Below are positions 63,375 through 64,000 of a stretch of 64,000 nucleotides of DNA, in pieces. A program made the position numbers and the translations under genes. Under the pieces are notes generated by a model. That model did not search any database, had not been told where the DNA came from, and saw only the letters and a list, made by a program, of their open reading frames with translations. Position 1 is the first letter of the stretch; each line of letters opens with the position of its first letter. Source of the DNA: Nitrospirota bacterium. Lineage in GTDB: Bacteria > Nitrospirota > UBA9217. The stretch covers positions 64,001 to 128,000 of the forward strand of contig CAWBNQ010000014.1 of assembly GCA_963790205.1 (NCBI GenBank), written 5' to 3'.

Positions 63375-64000
63375 TCATTTCAAATATTTATCAAAAAAAT
63401 CCCCCACCCGTTTTTCGTACGCGCTGCCCGCGGCAGCGAATGTGGCCCCATGGTCCGCGTTGGGAATGATCCAGAGCTCTTTCGGTTCTCCTGCCGCTGC
63501 ATAAAGTTTTCGCCCGTTCTCTGCCGGGACAAGCCGGTCTCCGTCGCCCGCGATAATGAAAACCGGGGTTGGAGATATGTCCTTGATCACGCTCACCGGC
63601 GATATGTTGTCGATCCCTGTTTGAAAATACAGCTCATACCCGAGGACAGAGAGGTTTAAAAAAGGGAAAGAAGGCAAATGATAAAAACCCGTGATTGCGG
63701 TCCAGGCCTGGTCGCGCAGGCTGGTAAAGGCGCTGTCAACAACGATCGCGGAGAATGCATGGGTCCGCGCCGCGGCAAGGATCGCCGAGGAAGCTCCCAT
63801 GGAGAACCCGTAGATCCCGATGCGCTTCGGGTCGGCCTCGGGACGGACTTTGAGAAAATCGAGCGCAGCGGCAATGTCCCTTTGCTCATGATGGCCGAGC
63901 GATGACCGACTGCCGCTGCTCTCGCCGTGGGCCCGAAAATCGAAGAGAAGAACGAAGTATCCCCGCCGTGAGAGCACGACGGCAAGCTCGGTGAAGTCTG
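63375..64000 (-). CDS. Alpha/beta hydrolase, 5' end outside the window
   Basis: FDFRAHGES, GFSMG nucleophile, GDGD, ADH. Confidence 0.9.
   Translation of the reverse strand, partial: DFTELAVVLSRRGYFVLLFDFRAHGESSGSRSSLGHHEQRDIAAALDFLKVRPEADPKRIGIYGFSMGASSAILAAARTHAFSAIVVDSAFTSLRDQAWTAITGFYHLPSFPFLNLSVLGYELYFQTGIDNISPVSVIKDISPTPVFIIAGDGDRLVPAENGRKLYAAAGEPKELWIIPNADHGATFAAAGSAYEKRVGDFFDKYLK

Overview
GC-rich bacterial chromosomal segment from a probable sulfate/sulfite-reducing anaerobe. The DsrA sequence and gene content suggest a Nitrospirota/Thermodesulfovibrionia-like or deltaproteobacterial organism; this is inference. Most of the window is minus-strand housekeeping DNA: the 5' part of dsrA, cysE, ispDF, mglA, uvrC, uvrB, folA, pepA, rlpA, an acs-actP acetate module, and a long ilvD-ilvBN-ilvC-psd-pssA-leuACDB-asd-asd operon preceded by tsaB-rimI. 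It also encodes several redox proteins: two diheme peroxidases, a decaheme cytochrome and a c-heme sensor kinase. Two accessory patches interrupt it. The first (31.2-39.9 kb) holds a tyrosine-recombinase/IS91-type element, degenerate attC, an IS630 remnant, a RAYT-like element with terminal inverted repeats, IS5 and a divergent HTH pair. The second (58.1-63.2 kb) is an integrase-less integron cassette array hit by IS630, itself hit by an IS3-family element. Most notable: (1) an unannotated UxxC selenoprotein with a SECIS heading an operon with an atypical diheme peroxidase and fdhE, behind a leader with a Cys-Cys-Ser-Pro-UGA mini-ORF, a terminator and complementary hairpin loops; (2) a two-gene wHTH + HEPN-like integron cassette, a candidate defence/TA system; (3) about 18 intergenic 7/8/9-nt-period inverted repeat arrays, one pair bracketing a four-helix-bundle gene; (4) many apparently leaderless genes. 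Several single-base insertions (dsrA, the DUF294 gene, the 63 kb gene) look like sequencing errors.
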